35,277 nucleotides of DNA, taken from positions 1 through 35,277 of the forward strand of contig NW_021826272.1 in the NCBI RefSeq assembly GCF_006345805.1, given 5' to 3'. The first letter of the stretch is position 1; each line of letters opens with the position of its first letter. The position numbers and the translations under genes are program-made. Source of the DNA: Octopus sinensis. Lineage: Eukaryota. Below are positions 1-9,935 of this stretch, piece after piece. The notes beneath the pieces were generated by a model. The model ran no database searches. It was not told the origin of the DNA and saw nothing but the letters and a program-made list of their open reading frames with translations.

Positions 1-181
1 TATATATACACACACACACACATATACGACGGGCTTCTTTCAGTTTCCGTCTACCAAATCCACTCACAAGGCTTTGGTCGGCCCGAGGTTGTAGAAGACA
101 CTTACCCAAGGTGCCACGCAGTGGGTCTGAACCCGGAACCATCTGGTTGGTAGACAAGCTACTTACCACACAGCCACTCTG
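1..181 (-). mobile_element. SINE family A (tRNA-derived, MIR/CORE-like), 5' half, cut by window edge
   Basis: Reverse complement gives A-box-like TGGCTGTGTGG and B-box-like GGTTCAGAC, then TTGGGTAAGTGTCTTC; near-identical to copies at 10873 and 23932. Confidence 0.85.
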
Positions 182-194
182 CACAGCATATATA

Positions 195-252
<58 letters not shown>

Positions 253-329
253 GTATGTGTTTATATATGTATATATGTATAATCCTATACATACACACAA
301 GAATTTTTTGCGTATTGAGATAAAAAAAC

Positions 330-450
330 ACGAAGGCTGTGTAGATATTAGAGCATTTATTGATAGAAGGCTTTACAGCTGTTTCTAGGATGTTTGTTAA
401 TGATATCCCTTCATCGGAGACGGTGTGAGAGGATGGTTAAGTTATAGTTA
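330..450 (-). mobile_element. Putative Penelope-like terminal-repeat remnant with degenerate hammerhead motif
   Basis: Minus strand reads CCGATGA-agggat...atcct-a-GAAA-CAGCTG-TA: near hammerhead core with palindromic ACAGCTGT stem III. Confidence 0.4.
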
Positions 451-469
451 GATTAGATTTTTTTTATAT

Positions 470-758
470 GAGCCCTTTTCAAGCCTAGCCAGGCTCATGG
501 GCCCGGTTTCCCGGTTTCTATCTGGACGGGACACCAGTCCATCGCAGCGTTACTCAAGAAACAGGGAGAGAGAGAGAGTGAGAGAAAGTTGGCGCGAAAG
601 AATACAACAGGGGTCGCCATCACCCTCTGCCGGAGCCTCGTGGAGCTTTAGGTGTTTTCGCTCAATAAACACACTCAACGCCCGGTCTGGGAATCGAAAC
701 CGCGATCCTCCGACCGCGAGTCCGCTGCCCTAACCACTGAGCCATTGCACCTCCACAG
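470..758 (-). mobile_element. SINE family C (tRNA head, V-domain-like tail)
   Basis: Minus strand head TGGCTCAGTGGTTAG...GTTTCGATTCC (pol III A/B boxes); tail contains GCGATGGACTGGTGTCCCGTCCAG, resembling the V-SINE domain (from recall). Confidence 0.85.
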
Positions 759-773
759 TTAATTAATATATAT

Positions 774-1159
774 GGAAGCACTCCGTCAGTTACGACGACG
801 AGGGTTCCGGTTGATCCGAATCAACTGAACAGCCTGCTCGTGAAATTAACGTGTAAGTGGCTGAGCACTCCACAGACACGTGTACTCTTAACGTAGTTCT
901 CGGGGATATTCAGCGTCACACAGAGAGTGACAAGGCCGGCCCCTTGAAATACAGGTACAACAGAAACAGGAAGTAAGAGTGAGAGAAAGTTGGGGCGAAA
1001 GAGTACAGCAGGGATCACCACCATCCCCTGCCGGAGCCTCGTGGAGCTTTAGGTGTTTTCGCTCAATAAACACACATAACGCCCGGTCTGGGAATAGAAA
1101 CCGCGATCCTCCGACCGCGAGTCCCCTGCTCTAACCACCGGGCCATTGCGCCTCCACAG
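774..1159 (-). mobile_element. SINE family C head with an alternative 3' tail
   Basis: About 990-1159 is nearly identical to about 585-758; 774-985 is unrelated to the 470-570 tail. Confidence 0.85.
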
Positions 1160-2019
1160 TTAATTAATAAGACGTCAGGGAACAGAAGAAAGAAGACACG
1201 CACCCAACACCAGAGCTGAAGACACCTCTGAAAGGTGGGGCCCAGCCACGTCAAAACGGTAGAGGAGTAGGGGCCGAAACCGGTCGTGGTTCCTCCTGAT
1301 GATGTCTTGAGCTAACTGGATCCTATTAAGGGGCTGTTGGGGTAGCAGACCACGAAACACGGTTGTAATTCCCTAGAGAGTGAGGTGGAGGAAAGAAAAT
1401 AGAATATATATACATACACACAGACATAACATCTTATACGCTGCACTATTAAACTGCGTCATATACTGTCTGTGACGCGAGTGCAACGGTTTTTGCAGTT
1501 GTTTAACCCATGGTCAATCTTGATCTAGCAAACCTATCCAAGATGAGACCAAGATGCCACCCGTGACCTTCCTTCTGTATTTAGCTTTACGTAGGTAGAT
1601 GATCTGTGTGTGTCTCCAAGAGGGTAATTTGTCTACTCTTTATAGCAGACACTGGATCACATTAGTAGTAATTAATTAATTCTGGTTTTATTGGCCACAA
1701 GGGCTAATATAAATCAAAAACATGAAAGGGCAAAAACAGGACGATAAAAACGAAGGGTTTTGCATAAAGAAAGGGAGTTCTTTAATTGGCCAAAAGGGGT
1801 CACATACAAAAACAGGACGATACAATGGGTTTTCGCGTGTACTCAATGTTATAACAGTAAAAACTAAACAAATTAAAAACTCCCAAAAGGGAAGGCGCTT
1901 TAATGTCCTTGTGGAAAAGCGCACAAAGTCCACGGGTGCCTGAACAACAGGGCAAGGGCCCTTCTTTTCTTTACAGGTGCACAAGGCCTGTTTATGAGGC
2001 GTTTATGGGGAGGGGACTA

Positions 2020-2171
2020 GTGGATTAGATCACTCCCAGTGCGTAACTGGTACTTAAGTTATCGTCCGCGACAGGATGAAAGGCAAAGTCGACCTCGGCG
2101 GGATTTGAACTCAGAATGGAGCGACGGACGAAATGCCGCTAAGCATTTTTGCCTGGCGTGCCTCGGCGTGC
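2020..2171 (-). mobile_element. SINE family B fragment
   Basis: CCCAGTGCGTAACTGGTACTTAA...GGATGAAAGGCAAAGTCGACCTCGGCGG shared with copies at 20811 and 29275. Confidence 0.8.
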
Positions 2172-2221
2172 CGCTCTGCAACATGTTAAGCAAGTCTTTT
2201 CTTTATTATAGCTCCGGACCA

Positions 2222-2681
2222 ACTAAAGCCTTTTGAGTGAATTTGGTAGACGGAAACTGCATGGAAGCCCACTGCGTGTGTGTGTGTAGACACATACAGA
2301 CGTGTGTGTGTGTGTGTGTGTAGACACATACAGACGTGTGTGTGTGTAGACACATACAGACGTGTGTGTGTGTGTAGACACATACAGACGTGTGTGTGTG
2401 TGTGTAGACACATACAGACGTGTGTATGTGTGTGTGTGTGTGTGTGTAGACACATAAAGACGTGTGTGTGTGTAGACAGATACAGACGTGTGTGTGTGTA
2501 GACATACAGACGTGTGTGTGTGTAGACACATACAGACGTGTGTGTGTGTGTAGACACATACAGACGTGTGTGTGTGTAGACACATACAGACGTGTGTGTG
2601 TGTGTGTGTGTGCGCTTATGTTTGTATCGTCACTATTGCCTGACACCCGCTGTTGGTTTGTTTACGTTCCCGTATCTTAGC
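2222..2681 (+). mobile_element. Diverged SINE A copy with internal microsatellite expanded into a (GTGTGTAGACACATACAGAC)n-type array (~2275-2612)
   Basis: Flanks match family A on both sides of the array (AAAGCCTTTTGAGTGAATTTGGTAGACGGAAACTG ... GTTTGTTTACGTTCCCGTA). Confidence 0.75.
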
Positions 2682-2994
2682 AAGGGCCCTATAGAATATG
2701 TACCGTGTTTATAAATAACTGGTGGAGTCGATAATGCCCCACTGAAACCCTTCAACGCGGTGCCCCAGCATGGCCGCAGTCAAATGACAAGTTAAAAATG
2801 TTTGTGTGTGTGTGTGTGTGTGTGGTTGTTTAGCTCAGCCACCGATGAGCTTCTCGCCTGCTGTTCTGGAAAAGTCCACCTTGGACAACGTTATCGAATG
2901 TGAGGCGTGGGAACGGGACGGAGCGTGAGGGAGATTTGGCTATTGTTTCTAGCTTGTTTAGCAATCACATTAGAGACTCCCACGTCGGCTTGTG

Positions 2995-3300
2995 TTGCAG
3001 TGGTGGTGGTGGTTGAGATGGGAGGCGGATGTGGTAGTATAAAGGCGGTGTGGTGTTTGGTGACAGTAGTAGAGGCGGTGGTGGTGATGTGGTGATGTAA
3101 TGCGGTGGTGGTGGTGGTGGTGGTCGTGGTAGAGGCGGCGTCGTTTGTCAACGACAGGGAATGCGGATGTAGATCGAATTTCTTGAGGAAATACTGCGAC
3201 CCATTTCAGAGTTAGGGGATGTTTCGGAAGGGCGGGGGGGAATGGTGGAGGTGTTTAGGGGCCACGGTGGTGGTGGTGGTGGTGGTAGCAGATGGGTGTG
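2995..3300. repeat. (GGT)n-rich low-complexity tract
   Basis: Repeated GGTGGT runs. Confidence 0.8.
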
Positions 3301-3330
3301 GTAAAAGATGACGGGGGGTGTGTAGTAACC

Positions 3331-4300
3331 GTTGTTGTTTAGCCCAAGGTCAGTCCTGGTCCAAGCAGGCCTATGATCAGAGACCTTCCAGCTGTGACCA
3401 TCCCATCTTATATTCAGGCATAGTGTACCTAGGACTACAATATATAATGTATAGTATAGGAGTCAGTAGTAGTGGCTGTAGCTGTTGTTGTTTAGCCCCA
3501 GGTCAGACCTGATCAAAGGCGTTCCAGCTGTGACCATCCCAACTGTCATTCAGGCATAGTGTACCTAGGACTACAATATATAATGTATAGTATAGGAGTT
3601 AGTATAAGTGGCTAGAGCTGTTGTTTAGCCCTAGGTCAGTCCTGGTCCAAGCAGGCCTATGATCAGAGACCTTCCAGCTGTGACCATCCCATCTTATATT
3701 CAGGCATAGTGTACCTAGGACTACAATATATAATGTATAGTATAGGAGTTAGTATAAGTGGCTAGAGCTGTTGTTTAGCCCCAGGTCAGTCCTGGTCCAA
3801 GCAGGCCTATGATCAGAGACCTTCCAGCTGTGACCATCCCATCTTATATTCAGGCATAGTGTACCTAGGACTACAATATATAATGTATAGTATAGGAGTT
3901 AGTATAAGTGGCTAGAGCTGTTGTTTAGCCCCAGGTCAGTCCTGGTCCAAGCAGGCCTATGATCAGAGACCTCCCATCTATGACCGTCCCATCTATTATT
4001 CAGGCTTAATGTATCTAGGACTACATTATCTAATGTACAGTATAGGAGTTAGTAGTAGTGGCTGTAGCTGTTGTTTAGCCCCAGGTCTGTCCTGACCCAC
4101 ACAGGCCAATGATCAAAAACGTTCCAGCTGTGACCATCCCAACTGTCATTCAGGCCTAGTGTATCTAGGACTACATTATCTAATGTACAGTATAGGAGTT
4201 AGTATAAGTGGCTGTAGCTGTTGTTATTGTTTGTGTTGTTTAGCCCCAGCTGGGTCTTGATCAAAGGCGTTCCGGCTGTGACCCTCCCTATATATCAAGC
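3331..4300 (+). repeat. Tandem array of ~150-bp unit (family E), about 6 units
   Basis: AGTATAAGTGGCTAGAGCTG recurs at 3601, 3751 and 3901 (exact 150-bp period); some units shortened. Confidence 0.95.
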
Positions 4301-4544
4301 AAGCGCTACGTTGTCCTATAAATTCCATCTCCTACACACGATGGCCCCTGCTTCTCTTGTGATTCCGGTGGCACGGTGGTGGTGGGGGGGGGGTTAGGGA
4401 AGGGAGTGGGGTTTGGAGGAGATCGGACAATAAATTTAGAAAAGGACTTTGGGGGCGGGGGCGGGGTGGGGGATTTCTGTCGGTTTGACTTTGGTTGGCG
4501 TCTTTCAGGGGTAGGAGTGGCAGAGGCAGATACATTGGTGTTGG

Positions 4545-4786
4545 CGATGATGATGGTGATTATGATGGTTGTCATGTTACGATGACGATAATAATGATGA
4601 AGGTGATGATGGTAATGATGATGGTGATGATGGTGATGATGGTGATAATGATGATGATGATGATGAGGATGGTGATGATGATGATGTTATTGATGATGAT
4701 GATGGTAGTGATGATGATGATGATGATGATGGTGACGATGATGATGATGGTGATGATGATGATGGTGATGATGATGATGGTGATGA

Positions 4787-4817
<31 letters not shown>

Positions 4818-4864
4818 GATGATGATGATGGTGACGATGATGATGATGGTGATGATGATGATGG

Positions 4865-4895
<31 letters not shown>

Positions 4896-5112
4896 GATGG
4901 TGATGATGGTGATGATGATGACGATGATGATGATGACGGTATGATGATGGTGATGATGATGATTATGATGTGGATGGTGATGGTGTTGTTTGATGATGAT
5001 AATGTTGGTGATGATAATGATTATGATGCTGATTGTAATGTTGATGATGGTGGCGGTGATAACGATGATGATGGTGATTATGATGATGATAACGATGATG
5101 ATGGTGATGATG
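4545..5112. repeat. (GAT)n trinucleotide microsatellite with GGT/GAC interruptions
   Basis: Direct reading; source of the poly-D, poly-M and poly-I ORFs. Confidence 0.97.
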
Positions 5113-5336
5113 TTCCCATTGTGCAGAGAGAGAAAAGAATGACTGCCGGTTAGGGGAGTAGGAAAGAGACATGTGACTATTGACGACTGAGCCCACCCCC
5201 CACTTCCCCCCGCACGCCTCCATCCCCGGTCCAACGACGATAGGGGTGGTGGTGGTCGTGGTTGGAGAGAGAGAGAGAGAGATAGAGTGACAGATGGTTA
5301 GAAAAAGTCCTTAGAGATATAATGCTATTGATGGTG

Positions 5337-5367
<31 letters not shown>

Positions 5368-5756
5368 TGCCGCCGCCACTCACCGACTCCACCCCCCTCC
5401 TCCACCCATCCTGTGCTCCCCAGTGTGACGCGTCAGCCCTGGTTAGGGGGAGCAGGAAGGCACAGTGTGCCAGAGAGGTTAAATACTATTAAAGACAATT
5501 ACTTCCACTTCCCCTCCCTCCCACCCGCCCACATCCCCACCCCGCACCCCCTTTCCTTCCTTTCTAACCCCCCCACCACGACACCATCACCCTCTCTTTA
5601 TTGTCCTTATGTTTTCTCCTGGTTGCCTCGCTTGCTAGAAATGTCAGCCAAACTGCCTTCATACGACCTCACTCTTCCCCATCTGTATTTGTTTTTTTTT
5701 TTGCTTTTTAGTGGTGACATATTTGGTGATGTTGTCTTGGTTTTACTGTATATCAG

Positions 5757-6143
5757 AAAATGGATGGGATGGTCATGTCTGGAACATCTTCGATCATAGA
5801 TCTGTCTGAACCGGGACAGACCTGTGGTTAAACAACAACTATAACCACTAATACTAACTCCTGTACTATACATAAGATAATGTAGTCCTAGATACACTAT
5901 GCCTGAATAAAAGATGGGATGGTCACAGCTGGAACATCTTTGATCATAGGTCTGTGTGGGTCAGGACAGACCTGTGGTTAAACAACAACAGCTATAGCTA
6001 CTAACTCCTGTACTATACATTAGATAATGTAGTCCTAGATACACTAGGCCTGAATAAAAGATGGGATGGTCACAGATGGAACGTCTTTGATCATAGGTCT
6101 GTCTGTCTATTGGACAAATGATTGGCCTGGGGTTTAAACAACC
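5757..6143 (-). repeat. Family E 150-bp array, inverted orientation, about 2.5 units
   Basis: Reverse complement of the 3331-4300 unit (GATGGGATGGTCACAGCTGG; TAGTCCTAGATACACTA). Confidence 0.92.
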
Positions 6144-6524
6144 ATTTAAAACCCTATTTCTGTTCCCAGTCTTGACACCCCCCACCCACATCCGGCTCCT
6201 GTCCCTCATTCATGTGCTCCCCCACCCCTAAACCACACTCTCCAGTCATTCTACCCCCCTATCTCTCTCTCCCTCTCTCTCCCTCCATGCAAGTCTGTTC
6301 CTCCCCATCTCTCCTTCCTCTCTCTCTGCTCCATCTTTCTGCAGCCTTGTCTCACGGTCACCACCTGCCCTACCACCGCCCCCACCGCCGCCGCCGCTGC
6401 TGCTGCTGCCACCTTGCGGCAGACACTGGGATGCGTCCCACCTCCCAACCTCCACCACCTCCGCTTTGTCAATAACAACCACAGCACTGGTGTCTTTGAC
6501 AACCAAAACAAAGATAGGGAGACA

Positions 6525-6837
6525 TGTACACACACACACACACACATACATACACACACATTCAGTGAGTGTGCATGCATGTGTGTGTATATATACATGT
6601 ATATGTATGCGCACACACACATACACAGCAGGTATACATCGTATATGTATGTGGATGTGTATGTTTATATATATATACATACATACACACACATATATAT
6701 ATACACACACATTCAGTGAGTGTGCATGCATGTGTGTATATATGTATATATATATGCACACATACACATCAGGTATACATCATATATGTATATGAATGTG
6801 TATGTTTATATATATATATATATACATACACACACAC

Positions 6838-6922
<85 letters not shown>
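6525..6922. repeat. Compound CA/TA microsatellite containing a duplicated ~150-bp unit
   Basis: ATTCAGTGAGTGTGCATGCATGTGTG...CAGGTATACATC occurs twice. Confidence 0.85.
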
Positions 6923-6924
<2 letters not shown>

Positions 6925-7023
6925 AGGTTCCAGGTGAAAATAATGTTTACTCTGTACTCAGGTAGCAGTTACCATCTGTCATGACAAAGATTGTAGTTGA
7001 GAATCTGAAGGATGTGTGTGTGT

Positions 7024-7064
<41 letters not shown>

Positions 7065-7380
7065 TTGCCGTCAATTCATTCTCTCTTACCTGTTTGTGTC
7101 TGCCTTCCAATTGCTGTTTTTACTGAGATCTCCCTTTTTAGTAGAAGAAATAGCTATAACTCTTTGACTGCTATTTCTAAATTCGGTATGTGGTAAGGCA
7201 ATTCGTTGCTAAACCCTTTATTGCTTAGTATATATATATATAATATATATATACATCTACACACACACAGAGGTGGAAACCATAATGATATCTGTGGGGC
7301 TGCTGACGATGGAGGTATGTTTGATTGTTGGTATGGCTGTGGAATCTGTATTTATAACACATCCTTTTGATATGTGTGTA

Positions 7381-7470
7381 GTACTGAAGAAAGGCCAATT
7401 GCTCTTGAAATATGTATGTACCCCCCATTACCTATTTTTCTGTCTTTGATATGCATATTTGTATACGAAT
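7381..7470 (+). mobile_element. Short repeat (copy 1) with hammerhead-like CTGAAGA...GAAATATGTA; putative Penelope-like terminal-repeat remnant
   Basis: About 90 bp shared with 8226-8312; CTGAAGA 7384-7390, GAAA 7407-7410. Confidence 0.4.
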
Positions 7471-7522
7471 GTAACTTTCTGTACTGGTTCCTAAGTTTTA
7501 TAGAAAGTCTGTGCAGATAACT

Positions 7523-7748
7523 TTAACCCTTTTGTTACCATATTTCTGTTGAGATGTTCTGTGTTTCTTTCAATTAATTTTAAATATAACAAAGAATTTA
7601 GTAAAATAACTTATCCTTAAGCTAGTGTTAGGAACATAAATTGTGACTAAGGTTTGGTGGAAGATTCTAATTCAGAACTTATGAAAACAAGACATTTGTA
7701 CTACAGGGCCAGAGGTGGTTTCAGCCAGGTTGGTAACGAAAGGGTAAA
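7523..7748. mobile_element. piggyBac-type MITE
   Basis: Ends TTAA-CCCTTTTGTTACCA ... TGGTAACGAAAGGG-TAAA: CCC/GGG termini, TIRs and TTAA-like target site. Confidence 0.8.
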
Positions 7749-7825
7749 TTTGCAGATTTTGTTACACTTGTTAGAAATAGCAGCCAAATCTTGTGCAAAT
7801 TGAAGGTACATTTGACTGACTGTCT

Positions 7826-8125
7826 TTAAACCCTTTTGTTACCATATTTCTGTTGAGATGCTCTGTGTTTCTTTCAATTACTTTAAATATAACAAAGAAT
7901 TTAGTAAAATAACTTAGTTATAATTTTTCTATTCCTGAGCGCTATACTAATACATCTGTTTGTTTGTACACCACCTGCCTTCGTCTTTTGTTTATTTTCG
8001 TAAATTTTCCCTAGTTATAATTAAGCTAGTGTTAGGAACATAAATTGTGACTAAGGTTTGGTGGAAGATTTTAATTCAGAACTTATGAAAACAAGACATT
8101 TATTTGTACTACAGAGGCAGTTTCG
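7826..8125. mobile_element. Second copy of the same MITE, right end degraded, with an 86-bp insertion
   Basis: Collinear with 7523-7748; insert 7926-8011 is flanked by TAGTTATAATT direct repeats. Confidence 0.75.
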
Positions 8126-8225
8126 GTCAGGTTCTATTATATTCCTAATTAACTGTATTCCTAATTAACTATCTGGTCAGGTGACTTGCTCAGATCAATA
8201 TCACTCTTTCCAGCCTAGACATCCT

Positions 8226-8312
8226 GTACTGAAGAAAGGTCAATAGCTCCTGAAATATGTATGTACCCCCCATTACCTATTTTTCTATCTTTGATATGCG
8301 TATTTGTATACG
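8226..8312 (+). mobile_element. Short repeat (copy 2) with hammerhead-like motif
   Basis: Homologous to 7381-7470; CTGAAGA 8229-8235, GAAA 8252-8255. Confidence 0.4.
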
Positions 8313-8702
8313 AAATATGGTCTTCTGCAGCAGTCTTCATATCTCAAACCGGATGTCCAGTGTCTTCCACAAGTCAATCGATCTATGCTCTTCTTCGTCT
8401 GTCGATATCTGTGTGTCGTCCATGCATGGCTTTCCAGACGAGGACATCACCGGAGATTTCATCCTTGTTGCTCCAGCTTGGTCTTGTATAGTGTATTCTT
8501 CTTTCTTCGATTACCAAAGTGATGGTCGGGAGAGTACCATACTGTGTCTCCGCTTCCGTAGGACGTTGCTGCCACGAAAGGGTGAGGAACCAACAGAGGC
8601 CTTCTCGTCTGGGTCCCATCAGGCTTCAGGTCTGTTGTTCAGTTTCCATGTTGAAGACTGATGGAGAAGGACTGCTCCGAAGACTGCTTAGCGTGTTAGT
8701 AA

Positions 8703-9008
8703 ATGGGATGGTCATGTCTGGAACGTCTTTGATCATAGATCTGTCTAAACAAGGACTGACCTGTGGTTAAACAACAACAGCTACAGCCACTACTATTAAC
8801 TACTATACTATACATTAGATAATGTAGTCCTAGATACACTATGCCTGAATAAAAGATGGGATGGTCACAGCTGGAATGTCTTTGATTTGGGGCTAAACAA
8901 TAACTATACCCACTTATACTAACTCCTATACTATATATTAGATAATGTAGTCCTAGATACACTAGGCCTGAATTTTCCAGCTGTGACCATCCCATCTATA
9001 ATTCAGGT
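8703..9008 (-). repeat. Family E array (about 2 units, minus) followed by a short plus-strand piece (~8975-9008)
   Basis: Matches 5757-6143; orientation flips at about 8975 (TTCCAGCTGTGACCATCCCATC). Confidence 0.88.
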
Positions 9009-9115
9009 ATGAAAGTGGTATGAAAGGGATGTGGAAAGTCACTGGTTTGGTGTGGGTGGTCACTCATTTCGAAAAGGACAACTGTTATAAAAGCCAGAAG
9101 GCCTTAGTGAGGGCA

Positions 9116-9423
9116 GAGGTATTGTTTTCAATTGTGTTTGTTTGTTTGTCTATGGACAAGATATCTCAAGAACCACTGGATGGATTCAGATGAAACTTTA
9201 AGGGACGTTTGGCCTCATGACTAGCACGAACTGATTAAATTTTGGGATCGATCCCATAGCCGACAAGGATTCTGGATTATTATTATTTTTCCTGTTTTTT
9301 TACTTAATTTTTGAGAGCGGTCGGGTTTGTTTTTAGTATTCTCATTTGTGAGAGCAGTTGAGTTTCAGATATTCTCATTTTAAAAATCATCCCTGGCTAA
9401 TCATTGAGAGGAAGTTGGTGTTT
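9116..9423 (+). mobile_element. Probable non-autonomous Helentron/DINE-1-like element fragment, truncated by the RTE insertion
   Basis: (TTTG)n followed by GATATCTCAAGAACCACTGGATGGATTCAGATGAAACTT resembles DINE-like cores (recall only); termini not identified. Confidence 0.35.
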
Positions 9424-9935
9424 CCTTCATCATCATTGTTCGACTGTGGTCGAGACAATGGAATTTACCATGCTACACCAGACTTCACGGTCCATCATGG
9501 CATTACGGAGGTCCTGTTGCTGGATGCCTGTATCCCTGGAGATTACATCAGGGTAGGAGAGTGTGCGCCCTCTGGTATTGCGAGTAGATGGCTTCCAGAG
9601 GAGAAGAGTAGAAATTACCTTGTTTTCAGCTCTACAACAATGTCCAGCAAACTGGACTCTCCTACCTTTCACAAGAGATGACCCAGGTGGTAGTTTCCCA
9701 TATATTTGCATTTTGGTTGGATGGCGCTTCCACGAGAGATTTTGAGCTCTCATAAGGAGGCGAGTGTAGGTTCCATCCAACCGTCTCTCGAGCTTCTTTG
9801 ATAACGTCCAGGTTTCTGAGCCATAGAGTAGAATTGGTTCGACTGTGGCTTTGAAGATTTCAAGTTTGAAGTCTCTACTTAGATTTGATGACCAGATCTT
9901 ATGCATGTCATTACAGGCTGACCAGGCCATAGCCT
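9424..9935 (-). mobile_element. RTE-clade LINE 3' fragment (ORF C-terminus)
   Basis: ORF 9433-9930 has FKATVEPILLYGSETWTL, FAGHC and RGRTLSYPD...DREVW, typical of the RTE post-RT region; ends in a (TGA)n tail. Confidence 0.92.

Noticed and set aside
2186-2646. HT/VC-rich ORFs here and at 6246-6965, 19827-20413, 25804-26170, 30239-30764
   Set aside because: Translations of CA/TA microsatellites.
3331-4300. Regularly spaced repeats resembling a CRISPR array
   Set aside because: Entire units repeat with no unique spacers; eukaryotic context; no cas genes.
4495-5234. Long poly-Asp, poly-Met and poly-Ile ORFs
   Set aside because: They are reading frames of a (GAT)n microsatellite, open on both strands, with no splice or domain support.
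8655-8695. CTGATGGAGAAGG...CTCCGAAG and CTGACGAG at ~34052 as hammerheads
   Set aside because: No correctly placed GAAA or stem III-UH.
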